A DNA stretch of 61,512 nt, counting the filler, from Nitrospinae bacterium RIFCSPLOWO2_12_FULL_45_22 (GTDB taxonomy: Bacteria; 2-12-FULL-45-22), in the NCBI GenBank assembly GCA_001803565.1. It is 5 parts of 5 records of this genome, joined end to end, with 100 filler letters (N's around TTAATTAATTAA, not from the genome) between each part and the next. Parts side by side here need not be neighbours in the genome. Positions count along the whole stretch, not along the records: positions 20,836 to 45,999 come from MHDQ01000251.1; 4 more parts are not named here. One strand, 5' to 3'. A program made the translations under genes and the position numbers. Below the pieces are notes generated by a model that saw nothing but the letters and a program-made list of their open reading frames with translations, searched no databases and was not told where the DNA came from. Positions 29,623 to 39,945 of the stretch are shown here, piece by piece; the first letter of the stretch is position 1; every line of letters begins with the position of its first letter.

Positions 29623-29676
29623 TGTAGTGGCAGAGCTTGCTCTGCCGAATATGTCGGGCAAAGCTCGACCACGACA
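29623..29676. repeat. GTAG-type REP pair inside nuo operon
   Basis: GTAGTGGCAGAGCTTGCTCTGCC...GGGCAAAGCTCGACCACGAC. Confidence 0.65.
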
Positions 29677-29691
29677 AAGAAATTTAGGAAG

Positions 29692-30792
29692 ATGGTGCTG
29701 GAGACAAAAGAACTACTGTTGAATATGGGCCCCCAACACCCCAGTACCCACGGGGTATTGAGGCTACTACTTTATCTTGAGGGGGAGACCATAGTAAACT
29801 CTGACCCCATTATAGGGTACTTGCACCGGGGTATTGAAAAATTGGCGGAAGCAAAGACCTATACGCAATTTATCCCGATCACTGATCGGCTAGACTATAT
29901 TGCTGCCTTTCCTAATAACCTGGCTTATGTACAAACCGTTGAGAAGCTGATGAGCTTAGAAGTACCACTGCGGGCCCAATATATCCGGGTGATCCTTACT
30001 GAATTGAACCGGATCGCCAGCCACCTGGTCTGGCTGGGTACCCATGCTATGGACATTGGCGCTATCACGGTTTTTCTCTATTGTTTTCGGGAAAGGGAAA
30101 TAATATTAGACCTCTTTGAGATGGTTTCTGGGGCACGGATGACCGTTAATTTCTTCCGGTTCGGTGGTGTAGCAGCCGATTTGCCCGCTGAGTTTTATCC
30201 TAAGGTCAAGGAATTCCTGGATACCTTTCCTGCCAAAATAGCCGACTATGAAGCCCTCCTAACCCAAAACCGCATCTGGTTAGCCCGCACCAAGAATGTG
30301 GCGGTAATTTCTGCGGAAGATGGCATTAATTGGGGCTTGAGTGGCCCTAATTTGCGGGGCTCAGGCATCAAATGGGATATTCGTAAGGCGAATCCCTACG
30401 CAGTCTACAATAAACTAGATTTTGAGATACCTACAGGCCAAATGGGTGATGTCTATGACCGGTATATGGTCAGGATGGAGGAGATGCGGCAGAGTACCCG
30501 CATAGTCCACCAGGCCTTAGCACAGATGCCTGATGGAGAGATAAAGGGCAAAGTCCCAAAGATAATTAAACCACCGGCAGGCGAGGCCTATTCCTGTATA
30601 GAGTCGCCTAAAGGAGAACTGGGATTTTATATTGTCAGTGATGGTTCAGAAAAGCCTTATCGGGTAAAGATAAGAGCACCATCTTTCGTTAACCTGGAAG
30701 CTTTACCGCTCATGCTGAAGGGTGGTCTGATAGCCGATGTAATAGCCGCTATTGGCAGCATAGATATTGTCTTAGGGGAGGTGGACCGCTGA
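29692..30792 (+). CDS. nuoD: NADH-quinone oxidoreductase subunit D
   Basis: [28 protein letters not shown]-terminal GEVDR; no NiFe CxxC. Confidence 0.97.
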   Translation: MVLETKELLLNMGPQHPSTHGVLRLLLYLEGETIVNSDPIIGYLHRGIEKLAEAKTYTQFIPITDRLDYIAAFPNNLAYVQTVEKLMSLEVPLRAQYIRVILTELNRIASHLVWLGTHAMDIGAITVFLYCFREREIILDLFEMVSGARMTVNFFRFGGVAADLPAEFYPKVKEFLDTFPAKIADYEALLTQNRIWLARTKNVAVISAEDGINWGLSGPNLRGSGIKWDIRKANPYAVYNKLDFEIPTGQMGDVYDRYMVRMEEMRQSTRIVHQALAQMPDGEIKGKVPKIIKPPAGEAYSCIESPKGELGFYIVSDGSEKPYRVKIRAPSFVNLEALPLMLKGGLIADVIAAIGSIDIVLGEVDR

Positions 30793-30815
30793 TTAATATT
30801 TTCTTACCACCTTTA

Positions 30816-31769
30816 TTGGTAGACCTGGGTATGGTCTTAGTAAAGATCATTATTATCCTGGGGGTGATCTTGTTAGTCGTAGCTTATCTGACTTACCTGG
30901 AACGGAAAGTTATTGCCCACCTCCAGGTACGGATAGGACCGATGCGGGTAGGCTGGCATGGCTTGCTGCAGCCTATAGCTGATGGATTAAAATTGCTGGT
31001 TAAAGAAGATATTATCCCAGAAAAAGCCGATAAATGGGTCTTTATCCTGTCCCCTATCATCTGTTTGGTGCCGGCTTTTGTGGTCTATGCGGTCATACCC
31101 TTTTCTCAGCATTTCTACCTGGCAAATATCAATATCGGTATCTTATACATCATATCCATCTCTGCCCTGGGTGTTTATGGCATAGTGCTGGCAGGCTGGT
31201 CCTCTAATAGCAAATATGCCTTACTGGGTGGGTTCAGGTCTGCCGCCCAGATGATCAGTTACGAAATATTTCTTGGCTTCTCTATCATCGGCCCCCTGAT
31301 GCTAGCCGGGTCTTTAAACACCTTGAAGATCGTGGAGGCCCAGTCTGGAGTATGGTTTATTATCTACCAACCCCTGGCCTTTGCCCTATACCTGATTGCT
31401 GGCATAGCCGAGACTAATCGGATACCTTTTGATCTGCCAGAGGCCGAGACAGAACTGGTAGCGGGCTTCCATACGGAATATAGTGGGATGAAATTTGCCT
31501 TCTTCTTCCTGGCAGAATATGCCAATATGATGGTAGTATCTTCTATGGCCGTGATCCTTTTTTTGGGCGGTTGGAAGGGGCCTTTTCTGCCGGGTATTGT
31601 ATGGTTCGCTATTAAGGTAGGAGCCTTTCTCTTCTTGTTTATCTGGCTGCGGGGTACCCTACCCCGTTACCGGTATGACCAATTGATGCGGATCGGATGG
31701 AAGATAATGTTCCCCCTTTGCTTATTAAATATTGCCCTTACCGGAATAATCTATTATCTCTTTTTGTGA
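30816..31769 (+). CDS. nuoH: NADH-quinone oxidoreductase subunit H
   Basis: ERK...[37 protein letters not shown]. Confidence 0.97.
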   Translation: MVDLGMVLVKIIIILGVILLVVAYLTYLERKVIAHLQVRIGPMRVGWHGLLQPIADGLKLLVKEDIIPEKADKWVFILSPIICLVPAFVVYAVIPFSQHFYLANINIGILYIISISALGVYGIVLAGWSSNSKYALLGGFRSAAQMISYEIFLGFSIIGPLMLAGSLNTLKIVEAQSGVWFIIYQPLAFALYLIAGIAETNRIPFDLPEAETELVAGFHTEYSGMKFAFFFLAEYANMMVVSSMAVILFLGGWKGPFLPGIVWFAIKVGAFLFLFIWLRGTLPRYRYDQLMRIGWKIMFPLCLLNIALTGIIYYLFL

Positions 31770-31779
31770 AAGGAGATAA

Positions 31780-32238
31780 ATGAAATTATCTGACCTGGCA
31801 AAAAAAATCTTTCTGATAGATATTGCGAAGGGACTCAAGACTACCTTAAAACATCTCTTCCGGAAGCCTATCACCATCCAGTATCCTAAGGAGCGCTGGA
31901 CCCCCTACCAGCGCTTCCGTGGCCTCCATGCCTTAAAGACCGAAAAGAACGAAAGCGGCGAGAAAGACCTCTGTATTGCCTGCGGGCTGTGTGCCCGGAG
32001 CTGCCCCAGTGATGTCATTGAGATAGTGACATCTGGTAAAGGTAAAGAGCGGAAGCTAGAACAGTATAAGATTGATTTGTCTCGTTGTATATATTGCGGG
32101 TTCTGTGTAGAGGTCTGTCCCCAGAATGCCCTGGAGATGACCGATTTTTACGAGCTGGCCGGTTATTGCCGGGAGGAACTTATTGCCGATAAAGTGTATC
32201 TCACCACCAAGCATTTACCTAAAAAATATAAAAAATAA
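31780..32238 (+). CDS. nuoI: NADH-quinone oxidoreductase subunit I
   Basis: TIQYP, RFRG.H, two CxxCxxCxxxCP. Confidence 0.96.
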   Translation: MKLSDLAKKIFLIDIAKGLKTTLKHLFRKPITIQYPKERWTPYQRFRGLHALKTEKNESGEKDLCIACGLCARSCPSDVIEIVTSGKGKERKLEQYKIDLSRCIYCGFCVEVCPQNALEMTDFYELAGYCREELIADKVYLTTKHLPKKYKK

Positions 32239-32249
32239 GAGGGAGAAGG

Positions 32250-32762
32250 ATGCATCAGATATTCTTTTGGGGTTTTGCTTTGCTGGCGGTATTTTCTGCC
32301 CTTATGGTTATTACCCGGCGGAATGTAGTCCATTCTGCCCTCTTTCTGATCTCCACCTTTTTCTGGGTAGCGGCTATATATATCTTGTTGGAGGCAGAGC
32401 TGCTGGCTGCTATCCAGATACTGGTATATGCCGGTGCGATAATGGTCCTGATTGTATTTACTATCTTGTTAATCCATGTGGAAGAGACAAAAATTATTAA
32501 TCCCTGGCAGCGGCAAAGGCCCATAGCCATCCTTTTAGGGGTGTTTTTATTGGGCGAGATATTTCTCATATTATCCAGGGCATTATTCCCTGAATCTATT
32601 GCCGGAACTGCTTTACAGCAAGTTGCCCAGGAAGGGAACACAGAGGCGGTGGGGAAACTTTTGTACACCAAATATCTCTTCCCTTTTGAAGTAGCTTCAA
32701 TACTATTGTTAGCCGCCATGATTGGCGCTATTGTCATGGCCAAGAGAGAAATAGAAAAATGA
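32250..32762 (+). CDS. nuoJ: NADH-quinone oxidoreductase subunit J
   Basis: [19 protein letters not shown]. Confidence 0.95.
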   Translation: MHQIFFWGFALLAVFSALMVITRRNVVHSALFLISTFFWVAAIYILLEAELLAAIQILVYAGAIMVLIVFTILLIHVEETKIINPWQRQRPIAILLGVFLLGEIFLILSRALFPESIAGTALQQVAQEGNTEAVGKLLYTKYLFPFEVASILLLAAMIGAIVMAKREIEK

Positions 32763-33061
32763 TACCCATATCCCATTACCTGACCCTGGGGGCTATCATC
32801 TTTATCATCGGTAGCATCGGGGTCCTGACCCGTAAAAATGCCATTATCATCCTGATGTCTATCGAGTTGATGTTAAATGGGGTGAATATAACGCTGGTGG
32901 CCTTTTCTTACCACCTGGCCGATCTTACTGGTCAGATATTTGCTATATTTGTCGTTGCTGTGGCAGCCGGTGAAGCAGCGGTGGGTCTGGCTATTATTAT
33001 TGCCCTTTTCCGGTGCCGGGCAACCGTCAATGTGGATGAGATCCAGCTATTAAAATGGTAA
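32759..33061 (+). CDS. nuoK: NADH-quinone oxidoreductase subunit K
   Basis: [18 protein letters not shown]. Confidence 0.96.
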   Translation: MIPISHYLTLGAIIFIIGSIGVLTRKNAIIILMSIELMLNGVNITLVAFSYHLADLTGQIFAIFVVAVAAGEAAVGLAIIIALFRCRATVNVDEIQLLKW

Positions 33062-33073
33062 CCAGAGGAGCTA

Positions 33074-33247
33074 AAAGTGTAAAGCGCAAAGTGTAAAGCC
33101 GAGAGATAGGGCGTAAATCGTAAGGGGTGAGGAGTAAGGTGAAATTGGTTTTGTCCATTACCACTTATGCCTCACTCCTCTCTCCTAACGCCCTTAGGTC
33201 TTACGATCTAACTTTAGTTTTGCGCTTTTCGCTTTAAACTTTGCACT
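33074..33247. repeat. nested heptamer-periodic palindromic element
   Basis: outer AAAGTGTAAAGCGCAAAG... pairs with ...TTTTGCGCTTTTCGCTTTAAACTTTGC; inner GGGCGT...GTGAGGAGTAAG pairs with CTTATGCCTCAC...ACGCCC. Confidence 0.7.
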
Positions 33248-33265
33248 GTAAGGAGGAGGTTAATA

Positions 33266-35245
33266 GTGGTTGATTATGTATGGCTGATCCCGTTCTTCCC
33301 TGCAGTAGGGTTTGTTATTAACGGTCTCTTGGGCCGCAAATATATTAAAGATAGATCCCATTACCCGGGTGTAATCAGCGTAGGGTTATCATTGCTGGTA
33401 GCGATTTTAGTCTTCTGGGAAGTCGCCTTTGGTAGGGGTGGAGGCGATGTTGTCCTGTATCAATGGATCATCGGTACGGGTCTGGAAGCCAATGTAGGTT
33501 TTCTGATAGACCCATTAAGCGCAGTAATGATAATGGTGGTCTGTGGGGTAGGCTTCTTGATCCATGTTTATTCTATTGGCTATATGCACGGTGATGGTGG
33601 CTATTATCGGTTCTTTGCCTACTTAAACCTATTTATGTTCTCGATGCTGATCCTGGTGCTGGCTGATAATTACCTCTTGATGTTTGTCGGCTGGGAAGGG
33701 GTAGGGCTCTGTTCTTACTTATTGATAGGGTTTTGGTTTCAAAAGAAGTCCGCGGCTGATGCCGGTAAGAAGGCCTTTGTCGTAAACAGAATTGGCGATG
33801 CCGGTTTTTTGCTGGGACTCTTTCTTATCTATTCCCTTTTTGGTACCTTTAATTTTATCCCGGTATTTGAAAATGCCCATATCCTTACTGCGGCTACGGC
33901 AACGATCATAACCCTGTGTCTTTTCGTTGGTGCCGTGGGCAAATCTGCCCAGATACCCCTCTATGTCTGGCTGCCAGATGCTATGGAGGGGCCAACACCG
34001 GTCAGTGCCCTGATCCATGCAGCAACCATGGTCACGGCTGGCGTATATATGGTAGCCCGTAGCCATGTCCTGTATAGCCTATCCCCGTACTCGATGGCAG
34101 TCGTAGCCTTAGTAGGGGCATTCACCGCTATATTCTCTGCTTCTATTGGCCTGACCCAGAACGATATTAAGCGGGTGCTGGCATATTCTACGGTCAGTCA
34201 ACTGGGCTATATGTTCCTGGCTTGTGGGGTAGGGGCCTTTGGTGCCGCAATATTCCATCTTATGACCCATGCCTTCTTTAAGGCCTTACTGTTTTTAGGT
34301 TCCGGGAGTGTTATCCATGCCTTACAGGGGGAGCAGGATATGCGGAAGATGGGTGCCCTGAAGCCTCACACACCCCGGACTTACTGGACTTTCCTGATAG
34401 CCAGCCTGGCTATTGCCGGGATACCACCCTTTGCCGGCTTCTTTAGTAAAGACGAGATCCTCTGGCAGGCCTTCAGCTCGCCCCATGGGAGCTTATGGCT
34501 TTGGTTGATGGGGGTAGCAGCGGCCGGGATGACGGCCTTTTATATGTTCCGTTTGATATTCCTGACTTTTCATGGTTCGTCCCGGGTTGAGCCAGAGGTA
34601 GCCCATCATATCCATGAGTCCCCTAACAATATGACTATACCCCTGATTATTCTGGCTTTCCTTTCGGTAGTAGGGGGCTGGGTAGGGATACCCGAGGCCC
34701 TGGGTGGCAGCAACCAGATCCATCATTTCCTGGCCCGGGTGCTAGAGCATGGGGCCCATCCTGATCCACCCATTCATTCTACTAGTTTAGAATTTCTCCT
34801 GATGCTAATCTCTATCCTGGTAGCCGCTACGGGTATTTTTTTGGCTTATCATATGTATATCAGGCGGCCAGAGCTGCCTGCCAGATTGGCCGGGCGATTT
34901 CCTGGTATCTATCAGGCCCTGCTCAATAAATACTGGGTAGATGAGCTCTACCAATATTTTGTTGTTAACCCCATTAAGCGCGGGATGCGCTTCCTCTGGG
35001 ACCTGGATAATTATATTGTTGATGGCGCAGTAAATGGCACGGGCTTTATCACGGTACTAAATAGCCGCCTCTCCGGGATATTTGATCTTTATACTGTGGA
35101 CGGGGCAGTCAATAGTATGTCTACCCTATTTAATAATGGGGCCCGGGGGTTCAGGCGGCTCCATACTGGCCTGGTGCATAATTATGCCCTGGCCATGGTT
35201 TTTGGCATATTTATTTTTGTGAGCCTTTATTTATTCTTTATCTAA
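33266..35245 (+). CDS. nuoL: NADH-quinone oxidoreductase subunit L
   Basis: GWEGVGLCSYLLIGFW, GKSAQIPL..WLPDAMEGPTPVSALIH, THAFFKALLF. Confidence 0.97.
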   Translation: MVDYVWLIPFFPAVGFVINGLLGRKYIKDRSHYPGVISVGLSLLVAILVFWEVAFGRGGGDVVLYQWIIGTGLEANVGFLIDPLSAVMIMVVCGVGFLIHVYSIGYMHGDGGYYRFFAYLNLFMFSMLILVLADNYLLMFVGWEGVGLCSYLLIGFWFQKKSAADAGKKAFVVNRIGDAGFLLGLFLIYSLFGTFNFIPVFENAHILTAATATIITLCLFVGAVGKSAQIPLYVWLPDAMEGPTPVSALIHAATMVTAGVYMVARSHVLYSLSPYSMAVVALVGAFTAIFSASIGLTQNDIKRVLAYSTVSQLGYMFLACGVGAFGAAIFHLMTHAFFKALLFLGSGSVIHALQGEQDMRKMGALKPHTPRTYWTFLIASLAIAGIPPFAGFFSKDEILWQAFSSPHGSLWLWLMGVAAAGMTAFYMFRLIFLTFHGSSRVEPEVAHHIHESPNNMTIPLIILAFLSVVGGWVGIPEALGGSNQIHHFLARVLEHGAHPDPPIHSTSLEFLLMLISILVAATGIFLAYHMYIRRPELPARLAGRFPGIYQALLNKYWVDELYQYFVVNPIKRGMRFLWDLDNYIVDGAVNGTGFITVLNSRLSGIFDLYTVDGAVNSMSTLFNNGARGFRRLHTGLVHNYALAMVFGIFIFVSLYLFFI

Positions 35246-35306
35246 AGCTAACCATAACTGATAACCATTAACCATTAACTATTAACCAAGCTGGAAGGAG
35301 TTAAAG

Positions 35307-36845
35307 ATGCCTGAGCTGATCAAATTTTCTATTCCCTTGCTCTCCCTTACCCTCTTTATCCCTTTGCTGGGCGCAGTAATCATAATGCTCTTTATCCCCA
35401 AGCAGCGCACTAGCCTGATAAAATGGTTCGCCTTTATTATTAGTGTAATAGACTTTCTGGTTTCATTGCCCCTGGTGAAATACTTTGACCCCAGCACTAA
35501 TGCTATGCAATTCGTTGAGCAACATTCCTGGATACCCTCTATCGGTGTAGAGTACTTTCTCGGTATAGATGGCATAAGCATCCTGCTGGTGATGTTAACT
35601 ACTTTATTGACCGCTGTTTCAGTGCTCTGTTCTTTTATGGCTATTGATTATCGAGAAAAGGAATTCTATGTCTGCCTGCTCTTGTTATCTACGGGTATGT
35701 TGGGGGTCTTTATGGCCCTTGATTTTTTCCTCTTTTATGTCTTCTGGGAAGTGATGCTGGTGCCTATGTATTTCCTTATTGGCGTATGGGGTGGTGGCCG
35801 GAAGTTGTACTCAGCCATAAAATTCTTCCTCTATACCCTCTTTGGTAGCGTGATCATGCTCTTAGGTATCCTTACCCTCTATTTCCTGACGCCCGAGCCC
35901 CATACTTTCAATATCCTAAAGATGACCTATGAACTAAACATACCCGAGGGGTTGCAGAAATGGCTTTTCCTGGCCTTCTTTATCGGGTTTGCCATTAAAG
36001 TGCCTATGTTTCCCTTCCATACCTGGTTACCCGATGCCCATACCGATGCCCCTACCGCGGGCAGTGTGATCCTGGCTGGGGTATTGTTGAAGATGGGTAC
36101 CTATGGCTTTGTACGCTTTAACTTGCCTATGTTCCCGGAAGCCAGTCATTTCTTCGTGCCCTTTATGGCAGTACTGGCTATTATCGGGATTATTTATGGT
36201 GCCTTAGTAGCCATGGCGCAGGAAGATGTGAAGAGGTTGGTAGCTTATTCCAGTGTGAGCCACCTGGGCTTTGTCATGTTGGGTATCTTTGCCTTGAACC
36301 CCCAGGGTATTGTCGGTGGCATGCTCCAGATGATCAACCATGGCCTTAGTACCGGGGGCTTGTTCTTGTTGGTAGGGATAATTTATGAGCGACGTCATAC
36401 CCGGATGATTAGCGATTTTGGTGGATTATCCCACCGGCTCCCCATCTTTTCCACCCTCTTTGCCATTACCATGCTCTCTTCCATCGGTCTACCAGGATTG
36501 AATGGCTTTGTAGGGGAATTTCTGATCCTGCTGGGGGTATTTAAGGCCACCTATATCTATGCCGTTTTTGGTGTAACCGGTATTATATTAGGGGCGGCTT
36601 ATATGCTCTGGCTGTATCAACGGATGATGTTTGGCAGTCTGGATAAGCCGGAAAACCAAAAACTGAAGGACTGTAATCTCAGAGAAATAATCTATATGGT
36701 CTCTCTGATTATCTTTATGTTCTGGATTGGGCTCTATCCCAAGCCCTATTTAAATATAATGGGGCCCACAGTAGACAAGTTAGTAGAGCGAGTCAATCCC
36801 GCTTATTTCCAAACTGCCCAACAGAGCCCCCTACCCCAAAAATGA
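35307..36845 (+). CDS. nuoM: NADH-quinone oxidoreductase subunit M
   Basis: FYVFWE, K.PMFPFHTWLPDAH, LLKMGTYG, AYSSVSH, GFVGEF. Confidence 0.97.
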   Translation: MPELIKFSIPLLSLTLFIPLLGAVIIMLFIPKQRTSLIKWFAFIISVIDFLVSLPLVKYFDPSTNAMQFVEQHSWIPSIGVEYFLGIDGISILLVMLTTLLTAVSVLCSFMAIDYREKEFYVCLLLLSTGMLGVFMALDFFLFYVFWEVMLVPMYFLIGVWGGGRKLYSAIKFFLYTLFGSVIMLLGILTLYFLTPEPHTFNILKMTYELNIPEGLQKWLFLAFFIGFAIKVPMFPFHTWLPDAHTDAPTAGSVILAGVLLKMGTYGFVRFNLPMFPEASHFFVPFMAVLAIIGIIYGALVAMAQEDVKRLVAYSSVSHLGFVMLGIFALNPQGIVGGMLQMINHGLSTGGLFLLVGIIYERRHTRMISDFGGLSHRLPIFSTLFAITMLSSIGLPGLNGFVGEFLILLGVFKATYIYAVFGVTGIILGAAYMLWLYQRMMFGSLDKPENQKLKDCNLREIIYMVSLIIFMFWIGLYPKPYLNIMGPTVDKLVERVNPAYFQTAQQSPLPQK

Positions 36846-37090
36846 TAAACACTGCTATCGGGCAGTCAGAGAGAGAGCTATAGACTGGGTATCTTTTTTA
36901 GGGTGATTCATCACTCTATGACCTCTCCAGGATCAAATTGTTTCCCACTGTCGCTTCCTTTTTGCTACAATATTTAGTACAAAATTTAGTACAAATCCCA
37001 TATCAACGCCAAAGTCAGGAAATTAGGGGAACGTTAAAAATGAAGGGAACGCCGCCGAGGCCACATTTAAATTGAAGTGAACAGGGATTT

Positions 37091-37317
37091 AACCTACATT
37101 CCGCCCAAGTTGTTGTAAGCAAAACCTAAAAAGGATCATAAAATTAAAGACTTAAACACAAATGGCACGAATGGCACAAATACTTTAGCTTACTATCTCT
37201 TTATATTAGATCCTTTCTTCATTTGTGCCATTAGTCTATTCGTGTAATTCGTGTCCCCCTTTTTCAACCCACTACAAACTATTTCTGGCCTTCGAGAAAG
37301 GGTGCGGAATCTAAGTT
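37091..37317. mobile_element. nested MITE-like element at defence-island left flank
   Basis: ends AACCTACATTCCGC / GCGGAATCTAAGTT; inner nonamer-periodic palindrome CACAAATGGCACGAATGGCACAAAT / ATTTGTGCCATT...TTCGTG. Confidence 0.6.
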
Positions 37318-37363
37318 GTGATATCTTGAGGTCACAAATTGGTACCTCAAGTTTGGAGGATCA

Positions 37364-37873
37364 ATGAAAGCACTTGTCCCTGTAGAATTGATTGAAAGAA
37401 AACTCCTGCTGATCCGAGGCAAAAAGGTTATGCTAGATGCAGACCTTGCTGGGCTTTACGGTGTGGAGGTGAAACAGCTAAAAAGGCAGGTCAGACGAAA
37501 TATAGGACGTTTTCCAGCAGATTTCATGATCCAATTATCAAAAGAAGAATATGAATCTTTAAGGCGCCATTTTGGCGCCTTAAAAAGAGGCGAGCATTCC
37601 AAATACATGCCCTATGCCTTTACCGAGCAAGGGGTCGCTATGCTTTCCTGTGTTTTGAACAGTGAAAGGGCCGTAAAGGTAAACATAGAGATTATGCGGG
37701 CATTTGTCAGACTCAGACAGATGCTTGCCTCAAATGCCGAACTGGCGTGTAAACTCGACGCTCTTGAAAAGAAATACGATATGCAGTTCAAAGTCGTCTT
37801 TGACGCAATCCGGCAATTGATGACTCCGCCGGAGACGAAGAAAAAGAAAATTCGGAGGGAAGAAGAAAAATGA
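37364..37873 (+). CDS. ORF6N-domain DNA-binding protein
   Basis: [54 protein letters not shown]. Confidence 0.9.
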   Translation: MKALVPVELIERKLLLIRGKKVMLDADLAGLYGVEVKQLKRQVRRNIGRFPADFMIQLSKEEYESLRRHFGALKRGEHSKYMPYAFTEQGVAMLSCVLNSERAVKVNIEIMRAFVRLRQMLASNAELACKLDALEKKYDMQFKVVFDAIRQLMTPPETKKKKIRREEEK

Positions 37874-37899
37874 TTTGGAGAACTTGAAGGGGTTGAGGC

Positions 37900-39160
37900 A
37901 TGGCTTTTAAAGTTAATGAACTTACATCAGGAAGGTTTAACCTTCCATCAGAATGGAGTATAGTCAAAGTTCGAGACGTAGCAAAAATCAATGGGTCAAG
38001 CATACAAAGAAACTATAATCATGAATGGATTGAATATATTGATATCGCATCCGTTGAAAAAGGAACTATCAAATCGCTTCAAGTGTTACCATTAAAAGAA
38101 GCCCCAAGTCGAGCCAGGAGAATTGTCCAAGATAATGACATATTAATTTCTTCTGTTAGGCCAAATCTTGAACATTACGTTTTCATTAAGAAGGCTAAAC
38201 CAAATACAGTCGCGTCAACTGGGTTTGCTGTTATAACTCCAAAAAATGTACAACCTCGTTTTTTGTATTACTATTTAACAACAAAACCATTCACAAATTA
38301 TTTGACGATAATTGCAGAAAGCCATACATCTGCATATCCATCATTTAATCCTGATGTAATTGAAAATTCTGAATTAATCTTACCAAGTGAAGTAGAACAA
38401 AAAGCCATTGCACACATCCTCGGCGATTTGGATGATAAGATTGAACTGAACAGAAAAATAAACGAGACCCTGGAGGCTATGGCAAGAGCAATATTCAAAT
38501 CATGGTTTGTTGATTTTGATCCCATCCCTGGCCTCGGCCCGCATAAAGAATGGCAGGACTCACCCCTTGGGAAGATCCCCAAAGGGGTGGAGGGTGGGTT
38601 CGCTCGGAGAACTATGTGAAATTGTTATGGGTCAATCGCCACCTGGTGAAACATATAATGAGATGGGCGAAGGGCTACCTTTCTATCAAGGAATTCGTGA
38701 CTTTGGTTTTCGCTTTCCTTCAAGGCGTGTTTATTGTAATGCTCCAACCAGATTAGCTAACGAGGGCGATGTGCTTCTGAGTGTTCGTGCACCGGTAGGA
38801 AGTCTAAACATTTCAAGCGAAAAATGTGCAATAGGTCGAGGTGTCGCCTCATTAAGAATAAACGGACAGCACTACGGATTCTTGTATTATCTTATGAAAG
38901 AAACCCAATGGGGATGGGAGAAATATGAGGCTGAAGGCACGGTTTTTGGCTCAGCTACTAAGAAAGACGTTCAAAATTTCTCTACTATCCTTCCACCCAC
39001 ACAGACTATTTCTCGTTTCAACGAAGCGGTTTTTTCAATAGACCAAATGATCAGTAACAATGAAATACAATCCCGTACCCTTGCTGCTATCCGTGATGCA
39101 TTACTGCCGAAGCTATTGTCAGGGGAGATAAGGGTGAAGGATACGGAGAAGTCGCTATGA
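37900..39160 (+). pseudogene. hsdS: type I RM specificity subunit, frameshifted by 1-bp insertion near 38581-38587
   Basis: TRD1 + EQKAIAHIL..LDDKIELN...FKSWFVDF; IPKG|WRVG split between frames; TRD2 ending RDALLPKLLSGEIRV. Confidence 0.9.
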
Positions 39161-39936
39161 GTATTCTGAGTTATTTCGATCATGTCAATAATGGTTGTTT
39201 TATTCTTAAATTGCAACCAAAAGAAAGGGATGCGTTTTTATCGAAACTCCCCAACAAGTATAGAAAGTGCTATATAACAGATCAAAAAATAGAGGAATTA
39301 CTTTCAAGGCATAACGGAAATATTTCTGCCAAGAAAATTATCCAAAGCAAAATTCCAGACCCAGGTAGTGTAATGGCTGGAGACTTCGGGGAAATTACAG
39401 CGTATTTCATACTTAAAGGAAAATACCTTCCAATAAAGTTGTTCGGACCTAAGAAATGGCGATGGAAGAATGATAGAAATAAGGCGCTTCTGTTCACAGA
39501 TGTAATAATGTTTGATAGAAATGATACACCCTCCGAAAAGGATTTAGTTGTGTTAGCTGAAGTAAAGACAAAATCAACGAAGAGAACTAAGAACCCAATT
39601 CAACAGGCAATAGAAGGAGTTCAAAAGGACTATGTTTCACGATTTTCTCGCACTTTAATCTGGTTAAAGGATATATACACAAGCGTCGCCCCAAATGCCG
39701 CAAGAATTGAATATCTCGACAGATTCATTAATTCTCAAGAGGATAAATACGGGAAATACACAAAGCATTTTAAAGCAGTTGCTATTATAGACAGTTCATT
39801 TCTTGATAATGATTTAGAAGAAAATATCGAAGACCTTGAAATAGAAGATGATTTTGAGGTTATCGTGATCTCTATAGATGACCTAAAAACGGCATATGAA
39901 TCCACTTATAAGACGATGCTACAAACATATGAATAG
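39157..39936 (+). CDS. hamA: Hachiman HamA-like (DUF1837) nuclease
   Basis: GDFGE, D...E.K (FTDV...LAEVKT) PD-(D/E)xK-like pattern; directly upstream of SF2 helicase. Confidence 0.75.
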   Translation: MSILSYFDHVNNGCFILKLQPKERDAFLSKLPNKYRKCYITDQKIEELLSRHNGNISAKKIIQSKIPDPGSVMAGDFGEITAYFILKGKYLPIKLFGPKKWRWKNDRNKALLFTDVIMFDRNDTPSEKDLVVLAEVKTKSTKRTKNPIQQAIEGVQKDYVSRFSRTLIWLKDIYTSVAPNAARIEYLDRFINSQEDKYGKYTKHFKAVAIIDSSFLDNDLEENIEDLEIEDDFEVIVISIDDLKTAYESTYKTMLQTYE

Positions 39937-39945
39937 GGTCAGCAT

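Noticed and set aside
29692-30792. Group 4 NiFe hydrogenase large subunit
   Set aside because: Lacks the two Ni-binding CxxC motifs; has NuoD quinone-site motifs
32255-32776. 173-aa antisense ORF over nuoJ and similar antisense ORFs over tca, nuo, hamB, prkA and oxidoreductase genes
   Set aside because: Fully overlap well-supported genes on the other strand; no motifs
33074-33247. Short periodic repeats as possible CRISPR array
   Set aside because: No constant 23-47 bp repeat with unique spacers here or elsewhere in the window; no cas genes
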